A DNA stretch of 63,757 bases, the filler included. It is 7 parts of 7 records of this genome, joined end to end, with 100 filler letters (N's around TTAATTAATTAA, not from the genome) between each part and the next. Parts side by side here need not be neighbours in the genome. Positions count along the whole stretch, not along the records: positions 40,174 to 46,154 come from SRR31156797_58146; positions 46,255 to 51,612 come from SRR31156797_58160; 5 more parts are not named here. One strand, written 5' to 3'. The notes beneath the pieces were generated by a model. That model did not search any database, was not told where the DNA came from, and saw only the letters and a program-made list of their open reading frames with translations. Positions within the stretch are counted from its first letter, which is position 1. Each line of letters begins with the position of its first letter. Of this stretch, positions 41,483 through 50,144 are shown piece by piece. The translations under genes and the position numbers were made by a program.

Positions 41483-44215
41483 TTAAATTTTAAATAACTT
41501 TTCAATAAGCTGGGATTTCATTACATCTCCGCCGATCTTCAGCTGTCCGCCTGTGAAGAGCGCCATAGCATTAGCCTCGCCGGTGATCATCTTGATGAAA
41601 TCGTCGTCGCCCATTGTAATCGTAGTCGTAGGACTTGAGTGTTTGCCTTCACATACTTCCAGTTTACCGTCTTTTATGACTTCATACCACGACCCGCCTC
41701 CGGGACCGGAAATGTCAAACTGGAAGACCACGTCCACGCCGGCCGCCGCATCCGCCTGGAAGGCTTCCGGCATGCGGTCGAATATGTCCTTAACGGTCAA
41801 TCCGCCGCCGCCCGAATCACCGGCATCAGCTTTTTTGGGGCTGAAAGCCTCGATCATGGGGGTGAACGCCGCGGTCGCATTGGGTATTTCAATCGCGTCG
41901 GTAAGGTCCTGGATGCCGTCCCAGTTCTGATGAATCTGTTCCAGCGTCGGGGCGCTCGCTCCGTCGCCGACAACAATTCCCTTGCCGGTCAAAACAGCCG
42001 ACCTGTTGACGTAACCCATGCCGGTATTAAAGATCAAGCCGTTATCCGTGCAACGATCCGATCCCATGTACAGGACCAGAGGGGCCACGAAATCAGGATT
42101 CAACTTGGCGAACAGGTCCGGAGGCAGAACATCCTCGGTCAACCTTGTAGCCGCTATCGGGGCCACGGTGTTGATCTTGATGTTATACTTGTCGCCTTCC
42201 TGCTTCAGAGTATTCATGAATCCGACCAGGCCCATTTTGGCTGCCGAATAATTTGTCTGACCAAAGTTGCCGTACAGTCCGGCTGCGGATGTGGTCATAA
42301 TAATGCGGCCGTAGCCCGCTTCGCGCATCTTGACGAACGCGGGACGGGTTACGTTGTACGCGCCCTTGAGGTGCACGTCCATGATAACATCCCAGTTTTC
42401 CGGCTCCATCTTGACAAAGGTCTTGTCGCGCAAAATGCCGGCGTTGTTGACCACTACGTCCACGCGCCCGAATGCATTAATGGCCGTGTCTACAATGTTC
42501 TGACCGCCTTCGGCCGTGGCTACCGAATCGTAATTCGGCACGGCTTCGCCGCCCAGGGCCTTGATCTCTTCCACGACCTTGTCGGCTGCCGCACTGTCGC
42601 CGCCGACGCCGTCCCGGGATCCGCCCAGATCGTTAACCACAACCTTGGCGCCCCGTTTGGCGAATTCAAGCGCGTAATTCCTGCCTAAACCCGCGCCGGC
42701 GCCCGTTACAATCACGACCTGGTCGTCAAAACGGATTTCGTCGCCGGCCTTTTTCGCGGCTTTTTCAACTTTCTGAGGTATGGCTTTCCAGAAATAGCCG
42801 CTGAACCCGCGATCTTCGTCCGTGTAACGCTTGCGGTAGGCCATCTCGACAGGAGCGCCCACAGCCACGTCAGACAATTCGCAATCAGTGAAGTCAGCCA
42901 TGAAGCGTCCGCCGTCGTCAAACTGCACCATGCCGTAAACATGAGGCGGATCAACGGACACGGCCAGCATGTCGCCGGTAAAAGTCTTGACTTTAGCAGG
43001 CAGGTTTGCGAATTCATACGGATCCTGAGAGTCAACCTTGCCGCAGTCCGGATTCACGCAGATTCTCTGTCTCGGTATCTGGGCCGTACCGCATTCGCGG
43101 CACTTGCCGCCTACCAGGCCGGTCAAAAGGTCCCTCTTCCGATATAGGACCGTCATGGCCGTCTGGGTCGGCGCTTCCGCCCTGATGCCCATTTCCGGAT
43201 CGATCAGATCGCGGAATTTTAAGAATTTAAAGTAGTTGTCAGTGGTTTTCTTATTGGCGAGAGAACCGTTGACGCCCTTTCTCGGCGCCAGGTTCTTTAT
43301 TTCATCCGTAACCTTGAAATAAAGCGCATCCGAACCCTGACCAAAACCAGCCACCAGAATGCGGTCGCCCGGCTCGGATTCTTCCAGGGCCTTGACCAGC
43401 ATTAACAAGGCATGGGCCGTGCCGGTTTCGCCGCAGACTTCATGCAGGTTGTCCTGCAGTTTTTCAGGCGCAGCGCCGAGCAACTTGGCTATTTTCTTAT
43501 GTTCAGCCTTGAAAAAGCACGGGAACACAAACTTGTCCACATCGTCCATGGTTATGCCGATTTTATTGAACAAGCCGTTAACCGCTTCGGGAATTATGGT
43601 CGAATAACCCAGGTCGCGAACCCAGCGTTCTTCCCACATGTAATCGAACTTCTTGTTCGATCCTCTGAAGTGATCCACAAAATCCCTGGTCACGGAATAC
43701 GATCCCAGAAATTCGGCGATTACGTTTTCACTGCCCACGGACAGAGAAGCGGCGCCGTCTCCAAACCACATTTCATAAAAATAGGCCGGTTTGGTCAGGC
43801 GCTTGTCCGCGGCCGTAACCAGAACTTCCTTTTTATCCCCGCTCTTGACCGCGGACATGGCCTGGGCCAGCGCGGAAGTCCCCGCCTTCAGAGTCGAAGT
43901 AAAGTCCGCCGCATAAAGGTCGTCCTTTAAATTCAAGGCGGTTTTCAGAACGCCGGCGTTAAGCCGGTCTGAAAACGGCAAGGTCGTCGAACTTAAATAT
44001 ACAGCGTCAATATTGGATTTATCTTTTCCTTTGAGGCAGTCCATGGATGCGGACACGGCCATGGTCAGGCTGTCTTCGTCCCAGTTGCAAAAGGAACGTT
44101 CGCCCTGGGCCACGGCAATAATAGCCGGTGCAAACCAGCCCATGCCCTGAAAAATGCTCATGCGGTTAAGCCTGAGTCTGGGTATATAACCGCCGTAGGA
44201 TGTGATGCCTATCAT
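41483..44215 (-). CDS. Four-domain fusion: HMG-CoA-synthase/KASIII-like + DUF35 (Zn ribbon/OB fold) + MFE2-type SDR + SCP2
   Basis: GITSYGGYIPR.R/DEDSLTMA/GDGAA; CRECG...CVNPDC; VTGAGAGLGR/NNAG/NYSAAK; C-terminal SCP2 (FQFDI.G..GG.W...GQLKIGGD). Confidence 0.85.
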   Translation of the reverse strand: MIGITSYGGYIPRLRLNRMSIFQGMGWFAPAIIAVAQGERSFCNWDEDSLTMAVSASMDCLKGKDKSNIDAVYLSSTTLPFSDRLNAGVLKTALNLKDDLYAADFTSTLKAGTSALAQAMSAVKSGDKKEVLVTAADKRLTKPAYFYEMWFGDGAASLSVGSENVIAEFLGSYSVTRDFVDHFRGSNKKFDYMWEERWVRDLGYSTIIPEAVNGLFNKIGITMDDVDKFVFPCFFKAEHKKIAKLLGAAPEKLQDNLHEVCGETGTAHALLMLVKALEESEPGDRILVAGFGQGSDALYFKVTDEIKNLAPRKGVNGSLANKKTTDNYFKFLKFRDLIDPEMGIRAEAPTQTAMTVLYRKRDLLTGLVGGKCRECGTAQIPRQRICVNPDCGKVDSQDPYEFANLPAKVKTFTGDMLAVSVDPPHVYGMVQFDDGGRFMADFTDCELSDVAVGAPVEMAYRKRYTDEDRGFSGYFWKAIPQKVEKAAKKAGDEIRFDDQVVIVTGAGAGLGRNYALEFAKRGAKVVVNDLGGSRDGVGGDSAAADKVVEEIKALGGEAVPNYDSVATAEGGQNIVDTAINAFGRVDVVVNNAGILRDKTFVKMEPENWDVIMDVHLKGAYNVTRPAFVKMREAGYGRIIMTTSAAGLYGNFGQTNYSAAKMGLVGFMNTLKQEGDKYNIKINTVAPIAATRLTEDVLPPDLFAKLNPDFVAPLVLYMGSDRCTDNGLIFNTGMGYVNRSAVLTGKGIVVGDGASAPTLEQIHQNWDGIQDLTDAIEIPNATAAFTPMIEAFSPKKADAGDSGGGGLTVKDIFDRMPEAFQADAAAGVDVVFQFDISGPGGGSWYEVIKDGKLEVCEGKHSSPTTTITMGDDDFIKMITGEANAMALFTGGQLKIGGDVMKSQLIEKLFKI

Positions 44216-44237
44216 GAGAATATCCTCCTATCGCGGA

Positions 44238-46154
44238 TTAAATCTTGAACAGTTTTTCAATGAGCTGCGATTTCATTACATCTCCGCCAATTTTCAGCTT
44301 TCCGCTGGTGTACGCGCTCATGGCGTTCATTTCACCGCTGAACATCTTGATGAAGTCGTCATCGCTCATTGTAAGGGTAGTTGTAGGGCTGTCATGCGAA
44401 CCTTCTTTAACTTCGCAAGCGCCGTCCTTGATAGCAATATTCCAGGATCCGCCTTTGGGGCCGTTGATGTCATACTGGAATACTACATCGACTCCGGCGG
44501 CTGCGTCCGCCTGGAACGCGCCTTTCATGTTGTCAAACACGCTCTGGACGGTCAATCCGCCCCCGCCGGCCGGGGCCTCTTTTTTGGGATTAAAAGCGTC
44601 CAGCATCGGACCCAAGGCTGCCGTGAGGTTGGGATATTCCTCGCCGCCTTCAAGCGACTTGATCGAATCCATGGCCGCGGCAACATCTTCCGGCGTGGGA
44701 ACTTCACCCGGCGCTCCAGCGATGGCCCCTGGACCGGTGACGATAGCCGCGCGGTTGTAATAGCCCATGCCCGCGTTGTACGCCATACCCGTGACCGGGC
44801 ACTGTTCCGAACACAGGTACAGCACCAGGGGTGAAATAAATTCCGGTTTCAGTTTTTCAAACATTTCAGGAGGCAGAATATCCTCGGTCAAACGCGTGGC
44901 CGCCACCGGCGCAATTGTGTTGACCTTGATGTTGTGTTTCTGCCCTTCTATCTTCATGGTATTCATAAGGCCCAAAAGGCCCATTTTGGCTGCTGAATAA
45001 TTGGTCTGCCCGAAGTTGCCGTACATGCCGGCCGCGGACGTAGTCATGACAATCCGTCCGTAACCGTTTTCACGCATTTTTACGAAAGCGGGGCGGGATA
45101 CGTTGTAAGCGCCTTTTAGATGTACGTCCATTACGGCGTCCCAGTTTTCCGGCTCCATCTTTATAATGGTCTTGTCGCGCAGAATACCCGCGTTATTGAT
45201 GACTATGTCAACCCGGCCGAAATTGTTTACCGCCGTGTCAACAATGGCCTGGCCGCCTTCGGGAGTAGCCACGGAATCGTAGTTGGCCACGGCTTCGCCG
45301 CCGGCCGCCTTGATTTCGTCCACGACCTTGTCCGCGGCTGATGTGCCGCCGCCGGTGCCGTCTCTGGCGCCGCCCAGGTCATTGACCACAACCTTGGCGC
45401 CCCGCGCCGCCAGATCGAGAGCATAACTGCGGCCCAGTCCGGCGCCCGCGCCCGTGACAATGGCCACCTGTCCGTCAAAGTTGATGGCGCCGAGTTTGGC
45501 TTTGCGCTCAAGTTCTTCCTTGGAAAGCCATTCCACAATGCCCTTGTCCAAAACCAAGTCTTCATTTTCAGCATTAACGGTCTTGAATATGGCTTTACCG
45601 TCTTCTAACTTCCAGATCAGGGTTTTAATTCCCTTGCCCGGATAAAGAGTGCGGGAAAAGCGAACCCTGAACCTTGAAATGCGTTCCGGTTCTCCCGGGA
45701 ACAGGTGTTTCATGACCGCGCGGCAGGCATATCCGTGGGTGCACAATCCGTGCATGATCGGCATTTCAAATCCGCTGGCCTTGGCAAAATCCGGGTCAAC
45801 GTGCAAGGCGAAATAATCCCCGGAAAGCCGGTACAACAAAGGCTGATCCCCGGTCGGAGAGTCTTCTTCCACGAAATCAGGCTCGCGATCCGGAAATTCA
45901 ACCGTCTCGGCCGGACCTGCCTCGCCGCCAAAGCCCCCGTCCAACCGGCAGAACAGCTTTATGTAATTTGTAAACAACTTCTGACCGTTGGAATGATAGG
46001 TTTCGGCCTCGGCAGCCACAATGGCCCCCTTGTCCTTGCCCTTGTCATAAATGTCCGTAACAGTCAGCTCACTGGTCAGAGTTCCTTCAGTAGGAATGGG
46101 ATTGTGAAAGATGGTATCCTGCTCGCCGTGAAGAATGCCGGCCAGATTGGCATT
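44238..46154 (-). CDS. MaoC-type (R)-enoyl-CoA hydratase 2 + MFE2-type SDR + SCP2 fusion (5' truncated by contig end)
   Basis: ILHGEQ, YRLSGDYFALHVDP and IMHGLCT hydratase-2 motifs; VTGAGAGLGR, NYSAAK; SCP2 tail; frame stays open to the contig edge. Confidence 0.87.
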   Translation of the reverse strand, partial: NANLAGILHGEQDTIFHNPIPTEGTLTSELTVTDIYDKGKDKGAIVAAEAETYHSNGQKLFTNYIKLFCRLDGGFGGEAGPAETVEFPDREPDFVEEDSPTGDQPLLYRLSGDYFALHVDPDFAKASGFEMPIMHGLCTHGYACRAVMKHLFPGEPERISRFRVRFSRTLYPGKGIKTLIWKLEDGKAIFKTVNAENEDLVLDKGIVEWLSKEELERKAKLGAINFDGQVAIVTGAGAGLGRSYALDLAARGAKVVVNDLGGARDGTGGGTSAADKVVDEIKAAGGEAVANYDSVATPEGGQAIVDTAVNNFGRVDIVINNAGILRDKTIIKMEPENWDAVMDVHLKGAYNVSRPAFVKMRENGYGRIVMTTSAAGMYGNFGQTNYSAAKMGLLGLMNTMKIEGQKHNIKVNTIAPVAATRLTEDILPPEMFEKLKPEFISPLVLYLCSEQCPVTGMAYNAGMGYYNRAAIVTGPGAIAGAPGEVPTPEDVAAAMDSIKSLEGGEEYPNLTAALGPMLDAFNPKKEAPAGGGGLTVQSVFDNMKGAFQADAAAGVDVVFQYDINGPKGGSWNIAIKDGACEVKEGSHDSPTTTLTMSDDDFIKMFSGEMNAMSAYTSGKLKIGGDVMKSQLIEKLFKI

Positions 46155-46254
46155 NNNNNNNNNNNNNNNNNNNNNNNNNNNNNNNNNNNNNNNNNNNNTT
46201 AATTAATTAANNNNNNNNNNNNNNNNNNNNNNNNNNNNNNNNNNNNNNNNNNNN
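46155..46254. other. Artificial contig spacer
   Basis: N run with TTAATTAATTAA. Confidence 0.98.
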
Positions 46255-46542
46255 TGCAATATAAAAAGCTGTATTTTTTCCAGCCTCTGCCTCAAGAAAT
46301 GCAGGTTTTACAATTCAGCTTTGATTGAATGCGATTTTGTGAATACCGATCTTTCGGAAGCCAACCTGTCCAAATCGGATTTTTCAGGCTCCCTCTTCCA
46401 TAATACCAATCTTTTTAAGGCCAATTTGACCAATTGCACCAACTACGTCATCGATCCGCTTAAAAACAATATAAAAAAAGCGAAATTTTCCTTACCGGAA
46501 GCATTAACGTTACTCAATGCTTTTGAGATCAGTGTTCAATAG
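46255..46542 (+). CDS. Pentapeptide repeat protein (5' truncated)
   Basis: CDFVN-TDLSE-ANLSK-SDFSG-SLFHN-TNLFK-ANLTN repeats; IDP..N.IKKAKFS end. Confidence 0.85.
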   Translation, partial: CNIKSCIFSSLCLKKCRFYNSALIECDFVNTDLSEANLSKSDFSGSLFHNTNLFKANLTNCTNYVIDPLKNNIKKAKFSLPEALTLLNAFEISVQ

Positions 46543-46669
46543 AAAAAAGCGAGAATGGAACCCCGTATTGTACGATAATTCTCCCGGCACACGGGGTATG
46601 GCGACTCCAAACAGGCAGCGCCCGGCATGTGAGGGGGACATCCCGCCAGGGCATCCCCCCCCGGGTTCT

Positions 46670-47347
46670 TTAGTTCATGTAGCCCTCATCCTCAAGCATA
46701 TCACCTCCCCCCTGGGCGGCGCCATTTGCCAGATCATCGGCCCTTTCGTTGAGAGGATCTCCGGCATGCCCCTTGACCCATTTAAAGGTCAATTGGGGCA
46801 ACCCTTCGGTGAGTTCAAGCATCCGCTTCCACAGATCAGGATTCAGGGCCGGCTTGCCGTCAGCCTTTTTCCAGCCCTTTTTACGCCAGTTCCTTGCCCA
46901 CCCCTTGGTGATGCCATTGATGGTATACTGGGAGTCGGAATGGACCACGATGGGCCGTTTCCTGTTATCCCCCTTAATCTCCTCCAATGCCGTTATGACA
47001 GCCATCATCTCCATCCGGTTATTGGTGGTATGCCGATACCCCTGGGCAAACTCGGTGTATTCACCGTCTATCATCAAAATGACCCCATATCCCCCGGGTC
47101 CCGGGTTGTTCAGGGCGGAACCGTCGGTGTAAATCCGGATGCCCTCTGACGATGCCCCAACAGGCTTTTTTACGGCGGCGGGTTTCTCTGCTTCGGCAGC
47201 ACCCAGGGGAGGGATCTTTCCGGGCATCCGGTCAAAGACCTGATAGGTGCTCCCGGGATGGTTCTTCTGGTACTCCTTTGCATCCCCGGCATTGGTAAAT
47301 ATGGCGCCATGGCCTGATTTTGATATTGATACGGTATGGTATTTCAT
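46670..47347 (-). CDS. rnhA: Ribonuclease HI with N-terminal extension
   Basis: YTDGSALNNPGPGG, TTNNRME, DSQY and WVKGHAG...NERAD motifs. Confidence 0.95.
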   Translation of the reverse strand: MKYHTVSISKSGHGAIFTNAGDAKEYQKNHPGSTYQVFDRMPGKIPPLGAAEAEKPAAVKKPVGASSEGIRIYTDGSALNNPGPGGYGVILMIDGEYTEFAQGYRHTTNNRMEMMAVITALEEIKGDNRKRPIVVHSDSQYTINGITKGWARNWRKKGWKKADGKPALNPDLWKRMLELTEGLPQLTFKWVKGHAGDPLNERADDLANGAAQGGGDMLEDEGYMN

Positions 47348-47397
47348 ATATTCCCTTGCGTGTTTAAATAATAACGTCGGTTCGTTTTAAAAAAGGC

Positions 47398-48114
47398 TCA
47401 CCCCCTGGATCTGGCCTTGTAGCAATCGAGCACGAATGTAATGTGTTCTTTCATCTCCATATAGGCCTTATGGGGATCCCGCCCCTTGATGGCATCCACG
47501 ATACGCCCATGCTGGAGAAAGATCTGCTCGATGTTGACCATGTCTTCGTACAGAAAGGCAAGGCTCTCCCGGATGCCGTGGGAAAGGTAATCATGGAAGT
47601 TATGCATGATGATCACCTGGAGGGGATTTTTCGCCCCATAGGCAACGGCCATGTGAAAAGAGACATCCGCCTCGGTTCCGAGCCGGCCCGAAGCGATCTC
47701 CTGCTTCATCTCTTCAATGCTCTGCTCCATGGCGGCAAGATCCGCACCATCCGCCCGTTGGGCGGCAAGGGCCGCTGCATTGCACTCGAGGCCCATCCGC
47801 ACCTCGAGAAGATCCTCGATGGAGGCGTCCTGGGCCCTCATGGCCTTGGCAAAGGGATTATCCTCCATGCCGCCGTCATAGGTCTTGACAAAAGTGCCCT
47901 GGCCCTGCTTCTGGACAATCATTCCCATGGCGGCAAGGCGCTGGATGGCATCCCTGATGGTTGTCCGGCTCACGGACATGGCCTCGGCAAGCTCCCGCTC
48001 GGGCATGAGCTTCTCCCCCGGCTTGAGCTTCCCTTTGAAGATGAGCTCCCTGATCTGGTCAAACACCTGGTCCGATATTCGCTTGGGTTTTATTGGTTTT
48101 ATGGGTAAAGTCAT
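47398..48114 (-). CDS. FadR/GntR-family regulator (LldR/PdhR-like)
   Basis: PGEKL.PERELAE...VSR.T.R.A...L...G......G.GT wHTH plus FCD domain. Confidence 0.92.
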   Translation of the reverse strand: MTLPIKPIKPKRISDQVFDQIRELIFKGKLKPGEKLMPERELAEAMSVSRTTIRDAIQRLAAMGMIVQKQGQGTFVKTYDGGMEDNPFAKAMRAQDASIEDLLEVRMGLECNAAALAAQRADGADLAAMEQSIEEMKQEIASGRLGTEADVSFHMAVAYGAKNPLQVIIMHNFHDYLSHGIRESLAFLYEDMVNIEQIFLQHGRIVDAIKGRDPHKAYMEMKEHITFVLDCYKARSRG

Positions 48115-48138
48115 ATTTCTCGCATTCTGGTGATTGTT

Positions 48139-49464
48139 TTAACTCCTCGCATATGAATCGGGTCCATTTTTCAACGACTGGGCATAGATCTCGATGGGAT
48201 GCTTTACGTTCATCTCAACCCCGTTTTTTGCCAGCATGTCGGAGATCTGCATCATGCAGGCGGGACACCCGGTTGCCACGGTTGAGCAACCCGTATCGAC
48301 AATGGCCTGCTGCTTCAGACCACCGATCTTCGAGGAGATGTCATAGTGAAACAGATTGAAGCTGCCGCCCATGCCGCAGCACTTGTCCGCCCCCGCCATC
48401 TCCACCACGGCGTTACCGGCACAGGCAAGGAGTTTTCTTGGTTCCTCGGTCACCCCAAGGGATTTCTTGAGATGGCAGGGATCGTGGTAGGTCACCCGAC
48501 CGCCCTCCCCTGCCGCAGGTTCCGGGTCAAGCCCGATACGGTTCACCAGGAACTCGTTGATATCGTGGGTATTTTCGGAAAGTTCCCGGAGATATTGGGT
48601 CAAGCTGCTGGCCCCGGGCCGGTAAAGGGCCGGCCATAGCTTTTTGACGGTGGAGGTGCAGGTGGCGCAGGCCGTGACAACGGCGTCGACCCGTTCCCGT
48701 CTCAACTGATCGATATTGTGGGCAACCAGGGCCTCAAAGGTTTGGGTGTCCCCGGAGGCGAGGGCCGGGATGCCGCAGCAGCCAAGGGTTTCCGGAATGT
48801 AGACCCCCACCCCGTGATGGTCAAACACCTCCAGGGCGGCAAAGCCGATACCCGGGAAGATCTTGTCAACCAGGCAGCCGGTAAAAAAGGCCACCTTCAG
48901 GCCGGACCTGCCGGGGGCGGTATTGAGTTTTGGCACGACCGTATGGAACGGCTTGTCTGCCATGGGCCGAAAGTGGCGGTCCTTAAGCAGCGGAGAGATC
49001 ACCCGGGCACAGGAAGTCCCCTGGGGATTGTCATCCTTTCTGGTGAAGAGTTCCTGAAAACGGCCCGCCCGCCGGGTAAGCCGGTCAAAGGTGGCGGGCT
49101 TTGCCAGCATTCCCCTGAACACCGCTTTCTTCAAGGGGGAGAGCCCCTGGTATTCCGTGAGAATGGCCCGGGCCCGGATAAAAATCTCCAGGGCATTGAC
49201 GCCACTGGGGCAGTTTGCCGCGCAGGATCCGCAGAGAAGACAGCGGTTGATGCGTTCGGCTACCCCATGGGCATTTTCAAACATGTTCTTTGTGAGGCCG
49301 TCCAGCAAGGCAAGTTTTCCCCTTGCCACATCAGCCTCTTTCCTGGTCTGCTCAAACAAAGGGCAGACAGCCTGGCACATGCCGCAGCGAATGCAGATCA
49401 CAAGCTGCTCTTCAAGTTCGTTCACGCGGCGCGCCAGCGCTTTCATTCCAACCATCCTATCCAA
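48139..49464 (-). CDS. GlcF-like Fe-S/CCG oxidoreductase subunit (D-lactate/glycolate dehydrogenase type)
   Basis: CIRCGMCQAVCP and CLLCGSCAANCP clusters; two CCG domains; YHDPCHL. Confidence 0.88.
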   Translation of the reverse strand: MDRMVGMKALARRVNELEEQLVICIRCGMCQAVCPLFEQTRKEADVARGKLALLDGLTKNMFENAHGVAERINRCLLCGSCAANCPSGVNALEIFIRARAILTEYQGLSPLKKAVFRGMLAKPATFDRLTRRAGRFQELFTRKDDNPQGTSCARVISPLLKDRHFRPMADKPFHTVVPKLNTAPGRSGLKVAFFTGCLVDKIFPGIGFAALEVFDHHGVGVYIPETLGCCGIPALASGDTQTFEALVAHNIDQLRRERVDAVVTACATCTSTVKKLWPALYRPGASSLTQYLRELSENTHDINEFLVNRIGLDPEPAAGEGGRVTYHDPCHLKKSLGVTEEPRKLLACAGNAVVEMAGADKCCGMGGSFNLFHYDISSKIGGLKQQAIVDTGCSTVATGCPACMMQISDMLAKNGVEMNVKHPIEIYAQSLKNGPDSYARS

Positions 49465-49717
49465 CTCCTGTTATCCAACCCCGGGGGTATATATTCTCTG
49501 GGATCACGGGCTTTTCCGGACCTCGTCAACCCGCTTCCATTTCTGATTGATTCCTGCAAAGGGCCGTATGGGAACCATTCTCCTCAACCCAAGGCAGAAC
49601 GCACTCCCACTTCTATAGGAAGAAGGGGTCCCGCGTCAACAGGAACTCCCGTATGGAGGCAACCTTTCTTAATGGAATTACCATTATCACGACTCCCCCC
49701 ATCCGCAGCACTATCAT

Positions 49718-49728
49718 TGGTCGTACCA
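49718..49728. promoter_or_regulatory. FadR/LldR-type operator 1
   Basis: TGGTCGTACCA fits TGGT-N3-ACCA; regulator encoded in the adjacent operon. Confidence 0.6.
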
Positions 49729-49874
49729 TCAACACATCCAGATAAATCCGCCATCGCCCGGTAAGGCCTTTCCATCAAACAGATTGTCATCAATCCAATG
49801 AAATTACAAACACTTTTAATTATTTTTATCATAACAAAACCTCCGCGCTTCTCTACCACGTATCGGCATGACAT

Positions 49875-49885
49875 TGGTATGACCA
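49875..49885. promoter_or_regulatory. FadR/LldR-type operator 2
   Basis: TGGTATGACCA with the same CATTGGT flank as operator 1. Confidence 0.6.
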
Positions 49886-49938
49886 CTGAAATAGCCAACA
49901 GGTTTTCTTGACAACCTTAAACAGCAACAGGTGAGCCA

Positions 49939-50097
49939 TTGAACAACACAAGCGTCACACAACAATTCATTGAAACGGCAGAAGCCATGGGCATCAAGGC
50001 TCACCTGGCGGAGACAGCGGAAAAGGCCAACGAGATCATCGCGGGGATCGCCGGGGACACCGGTTCAAAGACCATGGTCAAGTCCAAGTCCATGACG
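49939..50097 (+). pseudogene. Fragment of a LutB/LldF (LUD domain) lactate utilisation gene
   Basis: QF.E.AEA.G.K.HLAETAE.ANEIIA.IA......MVKSKSMT matches an internal LutB segment; similarity ends right after KSKSMT. Confidence 0.7.
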
Positions 50098-50144
50098 TGT
50101 CGAGAGCCAAGGCAAGGATCTCAAGGTGCTGCATCTTGCCGAGA

